Below are positions 1 to 11,712 of a DNA stretch of 64,000 nucleotides, in pieces. Under the pieces are notes generated by a model. It was not told the DNA's origin and did not search any database. It was given only the letters and a program-made list of their open reading frames with translations. The stretch covers positions 5,440,001-5,504,000 of the forward strand of contig OZ250150.1 of NCBI GenBank assembly GCA_965237675.1, read 5' to 3'. Numbering within the stretch: the first letter of the stretch is position 1; every line of letters starts with the position of its first letter. The position numbers and the translations under genes were made by a program. This DNA comes from Candidatus Latescibacterota bacterium. GTDB lineage: Bacteria > Latescibacterota > UBA2968 > GCA-2709665.

Positions 1-552
1 GCAGGTGCCGTCCGCACGGCCGTTGTCCGCATCCAGGCCCGACGGAATATCGACGGCCAGGATGGGACAGGCAACGTCCCGTAGCGTATCGATTGCGCCA
101 GCGACAAGCCCGCGGGGACCGCCCCGAATTCCGGTTCCGAGCAGGGCATCTACCGCAGCAGACGCGCCGGAAAGTGCGCGCCTGATCCGTCCCAGATCAT
201 TGGGATCCCGGATTTCTTCGATGCGGAGACCGTTTTTACGGGAGCGGTCCAGGTGGTGGCGCGCATCGCCCTTGACCTGGTCTTCCGTTGCCAACAGAAA
301 AGCCGAAACGTAAGCGCCCGCGGATGCGGCGAGATCTGCGATAACGAACCCGTCGCCGCCGTTGTTGCCTTTGCCGCACAGGACAACGATCCTTCTGCCC
401 GGAAACCCGTCCACAAGTTCTCGAAGCACGCGTGCGCCGCAGCGCCCGGCGCGTTCCATCAGTTGGATGCCGGAAACCCCGCGCTCGATGGCTCTGCGAT
501 CGATTCGGGCCATCTGCGCGCCGGTAACAAGCGGGGCGTGGACTTGCGCCAC
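1..552 (-). CDS. nnr: NAD(P)H-hydrate epimerase (YjeF N-terminal domain), runs off the window edge
   Basis: Hand translation from GTG 552 (GGAGG upstream): MARIDRRAIE..LMERAG..VVLCGKGNNGGDG..VDALLGTG..LAVDIPSG. Not in the ORF track because it is open at the edge. Confidence 0.9.
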   Translation of the reverse strand, partial: MAQVHAPLVTGAQMARIDRRAIERGVSGIQLMERAGRCGARVLRELVDGFPGRRIVVLCGKGNNGGDGFVIADLAASAGAYVSAFLLATEDQVKGDARHHLDRSRKNGLRIEEIRDPNDLGRIRRALSGASAAVDALLGTGIRGGPRGLVAGAIDTLRDVACPILAVDIPSGLDADNGRADGTC

Positions 553-887
553 CAGGCCTCCGTGAGAAGCTGTCTTAAAACCCCCAGCAGTCTTCGCGCC
601 TGCCTGCTGCCGCAGGCAAGGCAGGCGGCTGCGAAAGCGTGCAGCAATCCGGACACTCGAGAACGCCTCAAACTTGCCTAATAATACAGGAATCGCCTGA
701 GTGACGCAACCGCAATTTTGAACCGGTGAAACCGGTGAAAAAAGACGATCCGCAAAGCCGAAACCGTCGACGTCAGGACGGCCGCGCGCCAGCCGTTTCG
801 AGAGACAAATGTCTTGACAGAGAACGCCCGTTTTCTGTAATTTTCCCGTAGGATCGCAGTAGATGTCAGGCCCGTATCGGTTGTGAC

Positions 888-976
888 GGTGGGGTGACGG
901 AGTGGTCGAACGTGGCGGTCTTGAAAACCGTTGATCCTTACCGGATCCGTGGGTTCGAATCCCACCCCCACCGCCA
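888..976 (+). tRNA. tRNA-Ser(UGA)
   Basis: GGTGGGG acceptor stem, anticodon arm GCGGT-CTTGAAA-ACCGT, long variable arm, GGTTCGAATCC, 3' GCCA. Confidence 0.95.
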
Positions 977-1181
977 GAAACGTCAAACGACCCGTGTGTT
1001 GTCTCCCGGCAAAGCCTCCAGGAAAGTAAGGAGGCCGTAGTCCCGCGGGTCGGCGTGCGTTGTGCCCTCTTCCAACAGAATAACGGAAAAACGGAGCATC
1101 GGTATCGATGTTGCGCTGCCGGTTTTTCCTTGATTTTGTCGGGCTGTTTTGGTAGTATAGGTACCGAAGAATTCATGATCC

Positions 1182-1274
<93 letters not shown>

Positions 1275-1355
1275 AAAAAACAAGCGCTCACCAACCCCCC
1301 GACCCCCCCACCCATCAGCGGTCAGTCGACAGCTGATATCATACGTTGATCTTCG

Positions 1356-2795
1356 ATGTCCGACACGGTCTTGCGTTTTGCGCCTTCGCCCACGGGCGGA
1401 TTTCACGTTGGCAACGCCCGGACGGCGCTGTTCAATTACCTTTACGCGCGTCACTATGGCGGCCGGCTGCATCTCCGCGTTGAAGATACCGACCGTGAAC
1501 GGTCAACCGAAGCCTCTCTGAAGACGATTCTGGACAGTCTGGATTGGCTCGGCATCGGCTTCGACGGCGAGCCGATCATCCAGTCGCACAATGCCGGAGC
1601 GCACCGAGAGGCTGTAGACCGGCTTCTGGAAATCGGACACGCTTATTATGCCTACGAGACCCCGGAAGAGGTGCGCGCCATGCAGCACCGGGCGCAGGCC
1701 GAGGGGCGGCGGGTCAGGTACAACCGTGAGATTACACCCGAACAGTGTGCGGCTTTTGAAGCCGAAGGCCGGCCGAAGACGGTGCGCTTCAAGGTCCCTC
1801 CTGGCGAGACGGTCTGGCAGGATCCCATCAGGGGCACGCAACGATGGGACAACCGCGAGGTTGAGGACTTCATCATCCTCCGGGCGGACGGATCGCCCAT
1901 TTACCACCTGGCGGTGGTTGTCGACGATCATGATCTGGGAGTGACCCTGGTGATTCGGGGCGCTGAGCATCTGTCCAATGCGCCCAAGCAGGTGATGCTT
2001 TTTCAGGCTCTGGGATGGGCGTTCCCCGCGTACGCGCACACGACATTGCTTATGGGACCCGATGGGAGGAAGCTGAGCAAACGCCTGGGCGCAACGACCG
2101 TCACCGAATACCGGCAGCGGGGCTATCTGCCCGAAGCGTTGTTTAATTTCCTGGCGCTTCAGGGTTGGGCGCCGAAAGATGGCCGGGAGGTGTTCACACG
2201 CGAGGAACTGATTGAGGCGTTTTCCGTCGAGGGGATGCTCAAGAAGAATGCGGAGTTCGACGATCGAAAGCTGGAATGGCTGAACGGGGAGCACTTGCGG
2301 GCGAAACCGGCTTCCGAACTCCTGGAGATGGCTGTTATTCGGTGGATCGACGCCGGCTGGATATTGGCCGACGATGCGAAAACCCGGAAGGCGGGTCTGC
2401 TTAAGGCGGTGAAACTGATGCGGCCGCGCATTCATACGGCGCGGGATTTTTTGAATTACGGGTATTTTTTCAACGATCCGGAAGTCTACGAGGATAAAGC
2501 CCGCAAAAAGCACTGGAAGGCCGATAGCCCGCCGCGGCTCGAGGCATTGATCGAGAGGCTGGAGGCGCTGGCCGATTTCGACGAGCGGGCGATTGAAGGC
2601 GCCACGCGCACGCTCTCAGGGCAACTGGGCATCTCTACCGGAAAGCTGATCCACCCCACACGCCTCGTGCTCAGCGGCACAGGCATCGGCCCGGGGCTGT
2701 TTGAAATGATGGCCGTGCTGGGTCGAGACACGTGCATCCGGCGAATGAAAACCGGCCTGGAAAGACTGGGACATAAGGAGACCAATCCTCGATAA
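1356..2795 (+). CDS. gltX: Glutamate--tRNA ligase
   Basis: RFAPSPTG.HVGN (HIGH-like), RVEDTD and KLSKR motifs; 479 aa. Confidence 0.96.
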   Translation: MSDTVLRFAPSPTGGFHVGNARTALFNYLYARHYGGRLHLRVEDTDRERSTEASLKTILDSLDWLGIGFDGEPIIQSHNAGAHREAVDRLLEIGHAYYAYETPEEVRAMQHRAQAEGRRVRYNREITPEQCAAFEAEGRPKTVRFKVPPGETVWQDPIRGTQRWDNREVEDFIILRADGSPIYHLAVVVDDHDLGVTLVIRGAEHLSNAPKQVMLFQALGWAFPAYAHTTLLMGPDGRKLSKRLGATTVTEYRQRGYLPEALFNFLALQGWAPKDGREVFTREELIEAFSVEGMLKKNAEFDDRKLEWLNGEHLRAKPASELLEMAVIRWIDAGWILADDAKTRKAGLLKAVKLMRPRIHTARDFLNYGYFFNDPEVYEDKARKKHWKADSPPRLEALIERLEALADFDERAIEGATRTLSGQLGISTGKLIHPTRLVLSGTGIGPGLFEMMAVLGRDTCIRRMKTGLERLGHKETNPR

Positions 2796-2822
2796 GTTAA
2801 CGATGCGTACAACCGATGTGGC

Positions 2823-2896
2823 TGCCCCCTCGTCTAATGGCAAGACATGCGGCTCTGGACCGTAGTATCGGGGTTCGAATCCCTGGGGGGCAGCCA
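2823..2896 (+). tRNA. tRNA-Gln(CUG)
   Basis: TGCCCCC/GGGGGCA acceptor stem, anticodon loop CTCTGGA, GGTTCGAATCC, 3' GCCA. Confidence 0.95.
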
Positions 2897-3224
2897 GAAT
2901 CTTTCTGCCAGGGTCGTAAGTTATCGCCGTCCCTGGGATTCGATCTCACTTCGTCGCATCTCCTGGCTGATCGGATTGCGGGTATTGACGACGTGCAACG
3001 TCTCAAGGAGTTGGACCGCGCGGCGGTCCAGGTATCCGGTCTCGAGGCATTCAGCCAATTGTTGGATCAGGAACCGAACTGACTTCCATACCCCAAATAC
3101 CCTTCGCCTGAAAAGACAAAACAGGCCAATGTACGCTTGTCGTGTGTTGTCCTGTTCTTATATCGATACGAGCGTACATGCCGTATCTCGATTGCAGAAT
3201 CCGGGTCCGGCCGGTATCAACCCA

Positions 3225-4028
3225 TTATCTGCACCCATATGCCCGTGGAATCTGTCGATATTGCCCGGGGGTCATTCCCGCCTGTTTGCGAAAGGCTTCG
3301 GATAATCGACTTTGACTCTTGAAGCCGCATTGTGCCGCAATGACGTGCATACGATCGCCCGTGAATCTGAGCATGCGCTTGGCCCTCTCGATCCGGTGAT
3401 ACCGCAGGCGATTTCGAAAGGATGTACCAAGCCGGTTACGAAACAGCTTCGAGACGTATGCAGGCGATAAATTGAATTGCCTGCCCAGATCGCTTCGACG
3501 AAGCGAGGGATTGGAGGCATGTTCTTTCAGATACACGTCCATCCGGCTCGCAAGGGTCTCCAGTTCAGGGTACAGGCGATCGAGCGATTCGTGGATCGAG
3601 GCAGACAGTTCATCTTCGTCAACCGGTTTGACGAGGACATCCCGGGCACCGGCCTTCATCGCACCAACGGCTGTCTCGGTGGCGTCGGTGTCGATCAGGA
3701 TGATGACGTCGGTGCGCGGGGATTCCTGCCGGACGGTCCGCAGAATTTCCAGACCGTTAAGATCCGGCAGGTCGATGTTCAGGATGTCAATATCGACATT
3801 CGAGGTACGGATGAATTGGAGCGCTTCGCGACCGAACCGGGTTGTCTGTACACGCCACGTCTCCGACGCCAGCCGGATGATGTTCCGCAGCCGCCTGCAA
3901 ACTGTGCTGTCGCGATCCGCGACGAGGAATCTGATGCTCCGGCCCGGTTCGCGAGACGTTGGAATCTGGTTGGCTGCGATTGACACAATAAGGAATGTTC
4001 TTTGAATTTCCGGAACTGAGGGTCGCAT
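3225..4028 (-). CDS. Response regulator with receiver-like domain and AraC HTH
   Basis: Degenerate REC domain (LPDLNGLEIL..AMKAGA..KP) and AraC C-terminus (IAAQCGFKSQSRLSEAFRKQAGMTPGQYR); start uncertain. Confidence 0.85.
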   Translation of the reverse strand: MRPSVPEIQRTFLIVSIAANQIPTSREPGRSIRFLVADRDSTVCRRLRNIIRLASETWRVQTTRFGREALQFIRTSNVDIDILNIDLPDLNGLEILRTVRQESPRTDVIILIDTDATETAVGAMKAGARDVLVKPVDEDELSASIHESLDRLYPELETLASRMDVYLKEHASNPSLRRSDLGRQFNLSPAYVSKLFRNRLGTSFRNRLRYHRIERAKRMLRFTGDRMHVIAAQCGFKSQSRLSEAFRKQAGMTPGQYRQIPRAYGCR

Positions 4029-4704
4029 CCCGTCTCACTGCACAGACGTGCCGGGTGAAAAAAGGTGTCCGCCTTCCTGGATAACCGTCGGTTTTCGACT
4101 TTGGCCGGTCAGGGAGCCGACGGTTTTTTAGTTCCGGCCGTACAGCGGATTTTCCTTCGGAACCGTTGTGCGCTGCGGCCCGGACGCCCTGATTTCCGGT
4201 GACGAACCCTGCGCCGGCTCCGCTTTCCTGATCATGAACACATCCGTTCCCAATGGTCGACTCGGACGACGCGCATGCCGACACAGATGGATAAAGGTTG
4301 GCACGCGTCCCGTAGCGGGAGCACGAAATTTGGTAAGACCTTTTAACAAAATTATAATATAACCCGGCGCCTGTGATCTGAATGTGGTAATAGAGTCCAT
4401 TCTGGTGGAATTTCGATGAAAACCGTGACTGTTCGACGCCATCGGACGCCGAACCGACGTCCGTGCCGGTGGTCCGAAGAGACAGCTCCCATTCCCTTCA
4501 ACAGACGGCGAAATCGTGCCATTGGTTGAACACGAACGGCGCCACATACTCGGCGTGTCGAATCCACCAACTGGCGGATAAAGGGGGCCAGGGGAGTGGC
4601 GGCGCTACTGGGATTGCCGCCATCAACCCTGTATGGAAAAATGAAAAAACTGGGAATAAAAAATCAAATTGGTTAGCGTAGATTGTATATTTGATGACGG
4701 CGAA

Positions 4705-5652
4705 ATGACGATACCGTTCGCGCAGGCTTTGGAGGAAGGAGATCTGTCCGCGATAAAGCACGCGCCGAAAGCCGAATACCACCGGCATCACTTCTTTGGA
4801 ACGCGGATCGAAAACGTGGAGCGGTGGCTCGGGCACGCGCTGGCGAGACCGATCTTCCCGATGCGAAGTCTGAGAGGGATGATGGACTACGCCGGCAGCG
4901 CCCTGAACCCCTATCTCAACTCCCGGGCAGGGTGTGAATTCACGTCCCGGGCGGCGGTGGAAGAAGCAATAGAAGACGGCATCCGGCGCCTTGAGATGAG
5001 TTTCGACGTGCGTTCGGCCGGGCACTTCGAGACCGGCCTGGCGGGTTTTGCGTCGTTCATCCGGGACCTGGTGGAGCGAAATCGCGACCGGATCGATCTC
5101 AGGCCGGAACTGGGGATCCCGCGGGAGATCGTCGGCGATAGGGTGATGGCAAATCGCGCCCGTGACGGAATCGAGTCCGGCCTGTTCCACTCCATAGACA
5201 TTTACGGGGACGAACACGCGTGTTCCCTCGACGACGTGCTTCCGCTCTACAGACAGGCGCGATCGGCCGGGATGAAACTGAAGGCGCACGTGGGTGAATT
5301 CGGCGGGGCTGATCGGGTGCGGGAAACCGCGGAAGCACTCGGGCTGGACGAAGTACAACACGGAATCGCCGCGGCGGAATCCCCGAGCGTCATGCGCTGG
5401 CTTTCGAACAACCGGATTCGCCTGCACGTCTGCCCGTCCGGCAACGTCATGCTGGGTGCAACCGACTCGTTGGCGTCACATCCCATCCGCACGTTGTTCG
5501 ATCAGGGCGTGGAAGTGACGGTCAATACGGACGATCCGATGATCTTCGGGCAGAGCGTGTCGCAAGAATATCTGAACCTGTTCGAAGCCGGAGTTTTCAG
5601 CGCGGAAGAGCTTGACGGGATAAGATCCGCATCGATGACGGAGCGATCCTGA
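4705..5652 (+). CDS. Adenosine/adenine deaminase family protein
   Basis: PKAEYHRH, AHVGE, HGI, VCPSGN and VTVNTDDP motifs. Confidence 0.88.
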   Translation: MTIPFAQALEEGDLSAIKHAPKAEYHRHHFFGTRIENVERWLGHALARPIFPMRSLRGMMDYAGSALNPYLNSRAGCEFTSRAAVEEAIEDGIRRLEMSFDVRSAGHFETGLAGFASFIRDLVERNRDRIDLRPELGIPREIVGDRVMANRARDGIESGLFHSIDIYGDEHACSLDDVLPLYRQARSAGMKLKAHVGEFGGADRVRETAEALGLDEVQHGIAAAESPSVMRWLSNNRIRLHVCPSGNVMLGATDSLASHPIRTLFDQGVEVTVNTDDPMIFGQSVSQEYLNLFEAGVFSAEELDGIRSASMTERS

Positions 5653-5762
5653 CGGTCACCCCTTTTTGCAGAATCGGACGTTCGATCACCCTGACTCATT
5701 CAGTCCTCTCTCTCGAGAAACAATCTCCAGCGGGCGCGAGGCCCTGATACGGAGTCCAACCC

Positions 5763-6752
5763 ATGCGTGATATCGTGTTGTTCGGCGGCACGGCACACCC
5801 GGAGCTGGCCGATAACATCTGCGAAAACCTGGGCGTTGCGCGCAGCAGAAGCACGGTGAACCAGTTCAGCAACGGCTGCATCCAGGTGCAACTGGAAGCC
5901 AACTGCCGGGAAGCCGACGTGTTTCTCATACAACCCCTTGTGATGCCCGTTCACGATCATCTGATGGAATTGCTGCAGATGCTGGACGCGGCACGGGGCG
6001 CATCGGCTGCTCGCACGACGGCCGTGATCCCCTATTTCGGATATGCGCGATCGGACAAAAAGGACGCCCCTCGTATCTCCATCGCCGCACGGCTGGTCGC
6101 GGATCTGCTCGTCACCGCCGGCGCCAGGCGCGTGCTCACGATGACGCTGCACGCGTCCCAGGTGCACGGATTCTTCAGTGTGCCCGTAGACCACCTCAAC
6201 GCGTTGCACATTCTGGCAGGCCATTTTCAGGGCCGGGACCTCGAGAATACCGTGGTGTTATCGCCCGACCTCGGCAGGGCGAAAGAGGCGGCCCAGTTCG
6301 CCAGGATGCTGGGATTGCCGGTGGCCGCGGGCAGCAAACGCCGGATCAGCGACCGGAAGGTCGTCATCGACGCGATCGTGGGCAACGTCAACGGAAAACG
6401 GGTCATTGTCCTGGACGACGAGATCGCCACTGGCGGGACGATTGTCGAATTGATCCGCCGGCTCCAGGATCAGAAGGTCAACCATATCACCATCGCCTGC
6501 ACCCACGGCCTCTTTACGGGCGATGCCCTCGAGCGCTTCTGCACATTCGACGAAGTGCGTGAAATGGTCACAACGGATACGGTCCCCCGGCCCGCGGCGA
6601 TTCAGTCGCACCCGAAACTGGCGACTTTGTCCGTGGCGCCCCTGCTTGCGGAAGCCATTCGCAGAATTCACAATGGTGAGTCGGTCAGCAGCCTGTTCAC
6701 GGCGCCGGAATGGATCACGGCAGATGATGCTGAGCGTGCACCCTCCCCCTGA
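5763..6752 (+). CDS. prs: Ribose-phosphate pyrophosphokinase
   Basis: VIPYFGYARSDKK, SPDLG and LDDEIATGGT motifs. Confidence 0.95.
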   Translation: MRDIVLFGGTAHPELADNICENLGVARSRSTVNQFSNGCIQVQLEANCREADVFLIQPLVMPVHDHLMELLQMLDAARGASAARTTAVIPYFGYARSDKKDAPRISIAARLVADLLVTAGARRVLTMTLHASQVHGFFSVPVDHLNALHILAGHFQGRDLENTVVLSPDLGRAKEAAQFARMLGLPVAAGSKRRISDRKVVIDAIVGNVNGKRVIVLDDEIATGGTIVELIRRLQDQKVNHITIACTHGLFTGDALERFCTFDEVREMVTTDTVPRPAAIQSHPKLATLSVAPLLAEAIRRIHNGESVSSLFTAPEWITADDAERAPSP

Positions 6753-6962
6753 TGCGCTCACGGCGGTTCCGTTTCCTGTTTTCACGATTCCTGTCGTAAG
6801 GCTTGTCGCATAACGCCAGAGGTTTTATATTGGATGCGCGTTGTGATTCTCAGGAGATCCACAACCGGGTCACCCGATGTTTTGAAGTGTTCTTGCCTGC
6901 AATGATGCGGCGCAGCCCGCTTCGGCGCGTTCGATGGCTGGAGATCGATTCTTCGATATGAG

Positions 6963-8696
6963 GTGATGACGATGAAGGATGCAGTCGCCAACGGCGTCGG
7001 CGTTGAAGACGAAACCCCTTCGGATTTCATCCGTGACGCCATCCGGCAGGACCTGGCAGCCGGCCGGTACGATAGTGTGATGACCCGCTTTCCCCCCGAA
7101 CCGAACGGTTATATGCATATTGGCAACGCCTTCGGGTTCTGCCTGAATTTCGGCGTGGCCGACGACTTCGGCGGGGTGTGCAATCTTCGCTTCGACGATA
7201 CGAATCCGGTACGGGAAGAGACGGAATTTGTCGAATCCATCAAGGAGGATATCAGGTGGATGGGGTTCGACTGGGACGACCGACTGTATTTCGCGTCGGA
7301 CTATTTCGGCGATCTTTATGAATTGGCCGTCAGGTTGATCAAAAAGGGCAAGGCCTACGTGTGCGATCTGAGCGTTGAGGAAATCCGGGAATACCGGGGC
7401 ACCCTGAACGCGCCGGGAAAGGACAGCCCCTATCGCGGCCGGCCGCCCGAGGAGAACCTGGACCTGTTCGCGCGGATGAAAGCAGGTGAATTTGCCGAGG
7501 GGACCCGAACGCTGCGCGCGAAGATCGACATGGCGTCTCCGAATATCAATATGCGCGACCCGGTGATGTACCGGATTATCCACGCGGAACATCACCGGAC
7601 GGGCGACACCTGGTGCATCTATCCGACGTACGATTGGGCGCACGGTCAGTCGGACGCCATCGAGGGCGTCACCCATTCGCTGTGCAGCATCGAGTTCGCC
7701 GATCACCGACCCCTTTACGACTGGTACATCGAGAAACTGGGGATTTTCCCGTCGCGGCAGATCGAATTTTCCCGGTTGAATCTGACGTATACCGTGGTGA
7801 GCAAGCGGCATCTGCGACCCCTGGTGGAAGAGGGTCACGTAACGGGCTGGGACGATCCTCGCATGCCCACGCTGAGGGCCAAGCGCCGGGCCGGGGTGCC
7901 GCCGGAGGCGATCCGGGATTTCATCCGGCGGGCGGGATTGAACCGGCGGTCCACGCTGGCGGAGATGGAACTCTTCGAATCGTACGTGCGCGAACATCTG
8001 AACAGGACGTCGCCACGCGTCATGGGGGTGATCGATCCGCTCAAGGTGGTGATCGAAAATTATCCTGAGGATCTGGAAGAGACGTTCGAGGCGCAGATCA
8101 ATCCGGAGGATCCGTCGGCTGGGACGCGCGCGGTGCCGTTCTCGCGCGAGATCTACATCGAGCGGGAGGATTTCATGGAAGACCCGCCTCGCAGATTCCA
8201 CCGCCTCGCTCCGGGACGGGAGGTCCGGCTGCGCGCGGCCTGCTACGTCACGTGCAGGGAGGTCGTCAAGGACAACGATGGAAACGTCGTGGAATTGCGC
8301 TGTACGTTCGATCCGGAAAGCCGCGGCGGGTCGTCGCCGGACGGCCGCAGGGTACGCGGCACCCTGCACTGGGTGTCGGTCAGACACGCCGTTGAGGCCG
8401 AGGTCCGGTTGTACGACCGTCTCTTCAGGGTCAAGAACCCGCAGGAGATCACGGATGACTTTGCCGGCGCCCTGAACCCGGATTCGCTGGTTGTGCGGCC
8501 CAAGTGTTACGTGGAGCCCGGGCTGAAAGGCGCCGAACCGGGGAGCCGGTACCAGTTCGAGCGGCTGGGCTATTTCTGCGTGGACCCGGATTCGACGCCC
8601 GAAAAGCCGGTATTCAACCGGACGATCACGCTGCGGGATTCATGGGCGCGGATGCAGAAAAAAGGGAATCCGATCAAAACTCGGCGCAGGAAATAG
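6963..8696 (+). CDS. glnS: Glutamine--tRNA ligase
   Basis: [38 protein letters not shown]. Confidence 0.96.
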   Translation: MMTMKDAVANGVGVEDETPSDFIRDAIRQDLAAGRYDSVMTRFPPEPNGYMHIGNAFGFCLNFGVADDFGGVCNLRFDDTNPVREETEFVESIKEDIRWMGFDWDDRLYFASDYFGDLYELAVRLIKKGKAYVCDLSVEEIREYRGTLNAPGKDSPYRGRPPEENLDLFARMKAGEFAEGTRTLRAKIDMASPNINMRDPVMYRIIHAEHHRTGDTWCIYPTYDWAHGQSDAIEGVTHSLCSIEFADHRPLYDWYIEKLGIFPSRQIEFSRLNLTYTVVSKRHLRPLVEEGHVTGWDDPRMPTLRAKRRAGVPPEAIRDFIRRAGLNRRSTLAEMELFESYVREHLNRTSPRVMGVIDPLKVVIENYPEDLEETFEAQINPEDPSAGTRAVPFSREIYIEREDFMEDPPRRFHRLAPGREVRLRAACYVTCREVVKDNDGNVVELRCTFDPESRGGSSPDGRRVRGTLHWVSVRHAVEAEVRLYDRLFRVKNPQEITDDFAGALNPDSLVVRPKCYVEPGLKGAEPGSRYQFERLGYFCVDPDSTPEKPVFNRTITLRDSWARMQKKGNPIKTRRRK

Positions 8697-8883
8697 GTAA
8701 AGCCCGGACGCGTCCCTCTGTTACGTCGTAACGATAACTTTCCGGGAAAGCATTCAAATGGCGGTTGAACCCGAGACTTCGAGATTTTCCAGGGAGGATG
8801 AAAAAGGCGAGGCGCCCGTACGGCAGACCGGATGGGTATCGTTGTCTCCGGTACGGTTTGCGAACGGATAAGATATTCGGATC

Positions 8884-9264
8884 TTACTGCGCAGGAGTTT
8901 CACCGTTTTCATTGAAAGGCGGAGGCGTTTGAAATCGTGTCCCTCTTGCCTCTTCGTCGGCAATCCATTTTTCAACCTGTTGTCGTACTTCTTGACGGCC
9001 TTTTTCTAAGCCTTTTTTCAGATTTCTCGCCTTTACCCACTCAGTTATTGCACCCATTGCATCCTTTACCTCCACGAAAAAATATGCCGTCGTAACTGCC
9101 AGAATTCCTACGGTTATAAGGTCTTTCAGAAGCTCAAAGCCCCATTGCCAATCTCGGAAAACCCAGATTCGAAGAATCAGACCGACCACATATAGCACCA
9201 GGGAAACAATCCTGAACCAAAGCCGTTCATCTTCCTTGACGCTCCAGATTGATACCCACTTCAT
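8884..9264 (-). CDS. Hypothetical membrane protein
   Basis: ATG 9264; two hydrophobic segments and a charged tail (GLEKGRQE); low GC. Confidence 0.6.
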   Translation of the reverse strand: MKWVSIWSVKEDERLWFRIVSLVLYVVGLILRIWVFRDWQWGFELLKDLITVGILAVTTAYFFVEVKDAMGAITEWVKARNLKKGLEKGRQEVRQQVEKWIADEEARGTRFQTPPPFNENGETPAQ

Positions 9265-10315
9265 ATGTGCGCTTTTCTTCCCCAGATGCCGCCAATCCCA
9301 TGCTGGCTTTTTGCCCACACGAAACAATGCGAATGTAATAATGATATCAAACCAGGCTCCATAATTCAAGAAGGAATTCGGCGGACCGCATCGCGCCACA
9401 ATCAAAGGGCGGCAGCCACGAAAAGGATAACCTCCACCTTTTTTACGGTCACTGCAACCACGTCAAGGGGGATGAACCCATGGAATACCTGAACGCAAAA
9501 CTGAAAACCTCTGCTGGGTGATCCAAACCAGCCCCGCGATTGCCATTTGAGATATTTCGGAAAAATTGAACCTGAAGAGACGTGTCGCACATGCAGAATG
9601 CCCGCGCGGGTGAATTAACCGTCCGGGCATTCTCGTATAAGGTGTCGATTTAACGACTGGAGGCTTGTGTCCCGTCCCAGAAATATGTCACCATTCAACC
9701 GCCTGTCTGCGTGCGTGAGACTACACGCACAGGCAGGCCGATTCATCCCATCTCGCTGCGTTGCTAAAAGGCGGTGAGACGGAAGAGGTAAGCCGTGTTA
9801 GTTACTTTCCCGTATCACTCGTCCGCAAATGGACACTCGTTGTGCGAAACGAGAAGTGGATTGCGCAGCGGAGCGCAAGACCTACCCCCTTTCCCCTTCC
9901 TGAAGGAAGGGGAGAACTGGCATTGGTTGACGACATAACGACAGTTAAAGAATCCACGCGACAACTTGTTACGGGTCAACGCTCGTCTCCCCCTTTCCTT
10001 ATAGGTGCCAGCAGAGACGGCGTTCGCTTAATTTTTGTTTCGTGGCGGGTGAAATTTCGCAATCATGCGTATATTTTTATTAATATCAATTATTTATATT
10101 TGTTCTTAATTTGCTTCTCACCCTTCGACCGTGCCGTTCATGACCGGGGGAGCAGTTGTTTCTCCTGGCCGACATGTGAATCCGATGCACGCATGTGGCG
10201 AACAATCGACAGTCGCCGCGGTTGAAATTTGGGTTGTAAATCCGCCAGGGGTCGCTTATCGTAAAACGCCGATACCGGCGGACTTCCTCGGTGTCATCGG
10301 ATTGAATGGAAAAAG

Positions 10316-10780
10316 ATGTCCGATAGACAATTGAAATTGAAAGTCATGTGTTCACAGTTACCGGGACTTCGTTTCGAAGACCCTTACAATCATGAACCAA
10401 AATTAAAGGCGCCTGTCTACCTTGGCATCCAGCGCGGGACCGAGGTTATCGATCAGGTTCCCGCGGACCGTCATCGGGCGGTGTTCTATCCCGAGTTCCA
10501 GATCCGGAAGAAACCCGACGGTTCGCCGAACCTCCTGGGTCCGTACGCCCAGGGCAGGCCCCTGGACCGGTTCTTCTATCTCTCCTGGGGCGTGAAGCGG
10601 TCCGATCGATTTGAGATGTTCCGGCGGCTGAAGATCCGCCTCACCCATTTGCAATGGCCGCAGATCGACCGAGCGCTTGACGCTGACGAACCCATTGTCG
10701 TGAAGCTCAGGCTTACGGACGACCGCGGCGGCCCCCTTTGCGGAACGCCGGACAGTGCGCGGATTACGTGGGAACGCTAA
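10316..10780 (+). CDS. DUF5990-like protein
   Basis: GPYAQG...RFFYLSWG..MFRRLKI..LTDDRGGPLC pattern. Confidence 0.7.
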   Translation: MSDRQLKLKVMCSQLPGLRFEDPYNHEPKLKAPVYLGIQRGTEVIDQVPADRHRAVFYPEFQIRKKPDGSPNLLGPYAQGRPLDRFFYLSWGVKRSDRFEMFRRLKIRLTHLQWPQIDRALDADEPIVVKLRLTDDRGGPLCGTPDSARITWER

Positions 10781-10835
10781 TCACTTTACGGATACTCGAA
10801 TATTGCGATCCATTCCTCTCAGAAGACGATATACT

Positions 10836-11006
10836 ATGAAAACGAAGAAGACCTTTGATTGTGTTGAAATGAAACGACGTGGCTCTGAACGAATCCAAAG
10901 TCTGACCGCAGGCATGACGATCGAAGAACAGTTGGATTTCTGGAAGGAACGGACGGAGATGTTGCGAAATCACCAGAAATCGGAGAGGAAACTAAATGGC
11001 CGTTGA
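10836..11006 (+). CDS. Small hypothetical, antitoxin-like protein
   Basis: MKTKKTFDCVEMKR..GMTIEEQLDFW, a type of ORF often found next to PIN genes. Confidence 0.55.
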   Translation: MKTKKTFDCVEMKRRGSERIQSLTAGMTIEEQLDFWKERTEMLRNHQKSERKLNGR

Positions 11007-11661
11007 ACCCGTCGCGTTGAAATTTCTGGCGACAGAGGAGAAGGGCGATGTGTCGGCGTTGATCGCGCGGCCCAGCGGCGGGAAAGCGCTACTGGTGTTG
11101 GGCCATGGAGCGGGCACCAACATACGTCACCCGTTTATCCATGACTTGAGCGATGCGTTGAACGACGCAGGCGTTGCCTCGTTTCGTTTCAACTATCCCT
11201 ATTCCGAGAAGGGCGGCGGCATGGACGGCGAGAAGGTGCGCCTGGCAACCGTGCGCGCCGCGATCGCAACCGCGATGAAGGAGGCGGGAGGGCTGCCGGT
11301 GTTCGCCGGGGGACATTCCATGAGCGGGCGCATGGTCTCGATGGCCTGTGCCCGGGAACCGATAGAGGGATTGAAGGGCCTCGTGTTTTTCGCATTTCCC
11401 CTGCACTCGGGCAGGCCGAATACGGAGCGCGCGACGCATCTCCATGATGTCACGGTGCCCATGCTGTTTCTGTCGGGCCAGCGGGACAAGATGGCGGATC
11501 TGCAACTTCTGGAGCCGGTGGTGGAGAATCTGGACCGGGCGACGCTCCACGTGGTGGATACGGCGGATCACGGATTCAAAGTGCTGAAACGGAGGAACAC
11601 CGACGAACCCGTGCTGGCGGAACTGGCACGGGTGGCGGGCGGTTGGATGCAGGGAATTTGA
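10996..11661 (+). CDS. Alpha/beta hydrolase
   Basis: HGAG, GGHSMSGR nucleophile elbow, G.RD and ADHGF motifs. Confidence 0.85.
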   Translation: MAVEPVALKFLATEEKGDVSALIARPSGGKALLVLGHGAGTNIRHPFIHDLSDALNDAGVASFRFNYPYSEKGGGMDGEKVRLATVRAAIATAMKEAGGLPVFAGGHSMSGRMVSMACAREPIEGLKGLVFFAFPLHSGRPNTERATHLHDVTVPMLFLSGQRDKMADLQLLEPVVENLDRATLHVVDTADHGFKVLKRRNTDEPVLAELARVAGGWMQGI

Positions 11662-11712
11662 AGAATCCAGATTATCGCTCGCCGACGAACGACGATTCGG
11701 AGGGACAGCAAT

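Noticed and set aside
2897-3082. Island integrated at tRNA-Gln
   Set aside because: Only a short gene-tail remnant follows; no integrase or duplicated tRNA 3' end was found.
1503-8387. Long antisense ORFs opposite gltX, the deaminase and glnS
   Set aside because: Shadow frames expected in GC-rich coding DNA.
9590-10000. Hairpin-rich intergenic region as a riboswitch or ncRNA
   Set aside because: Looks like a terminator plus small palindromic repeats (CCTG..CAGG, CCCCTTCC..GGAAGGGG); no recognisable RNA family motif.
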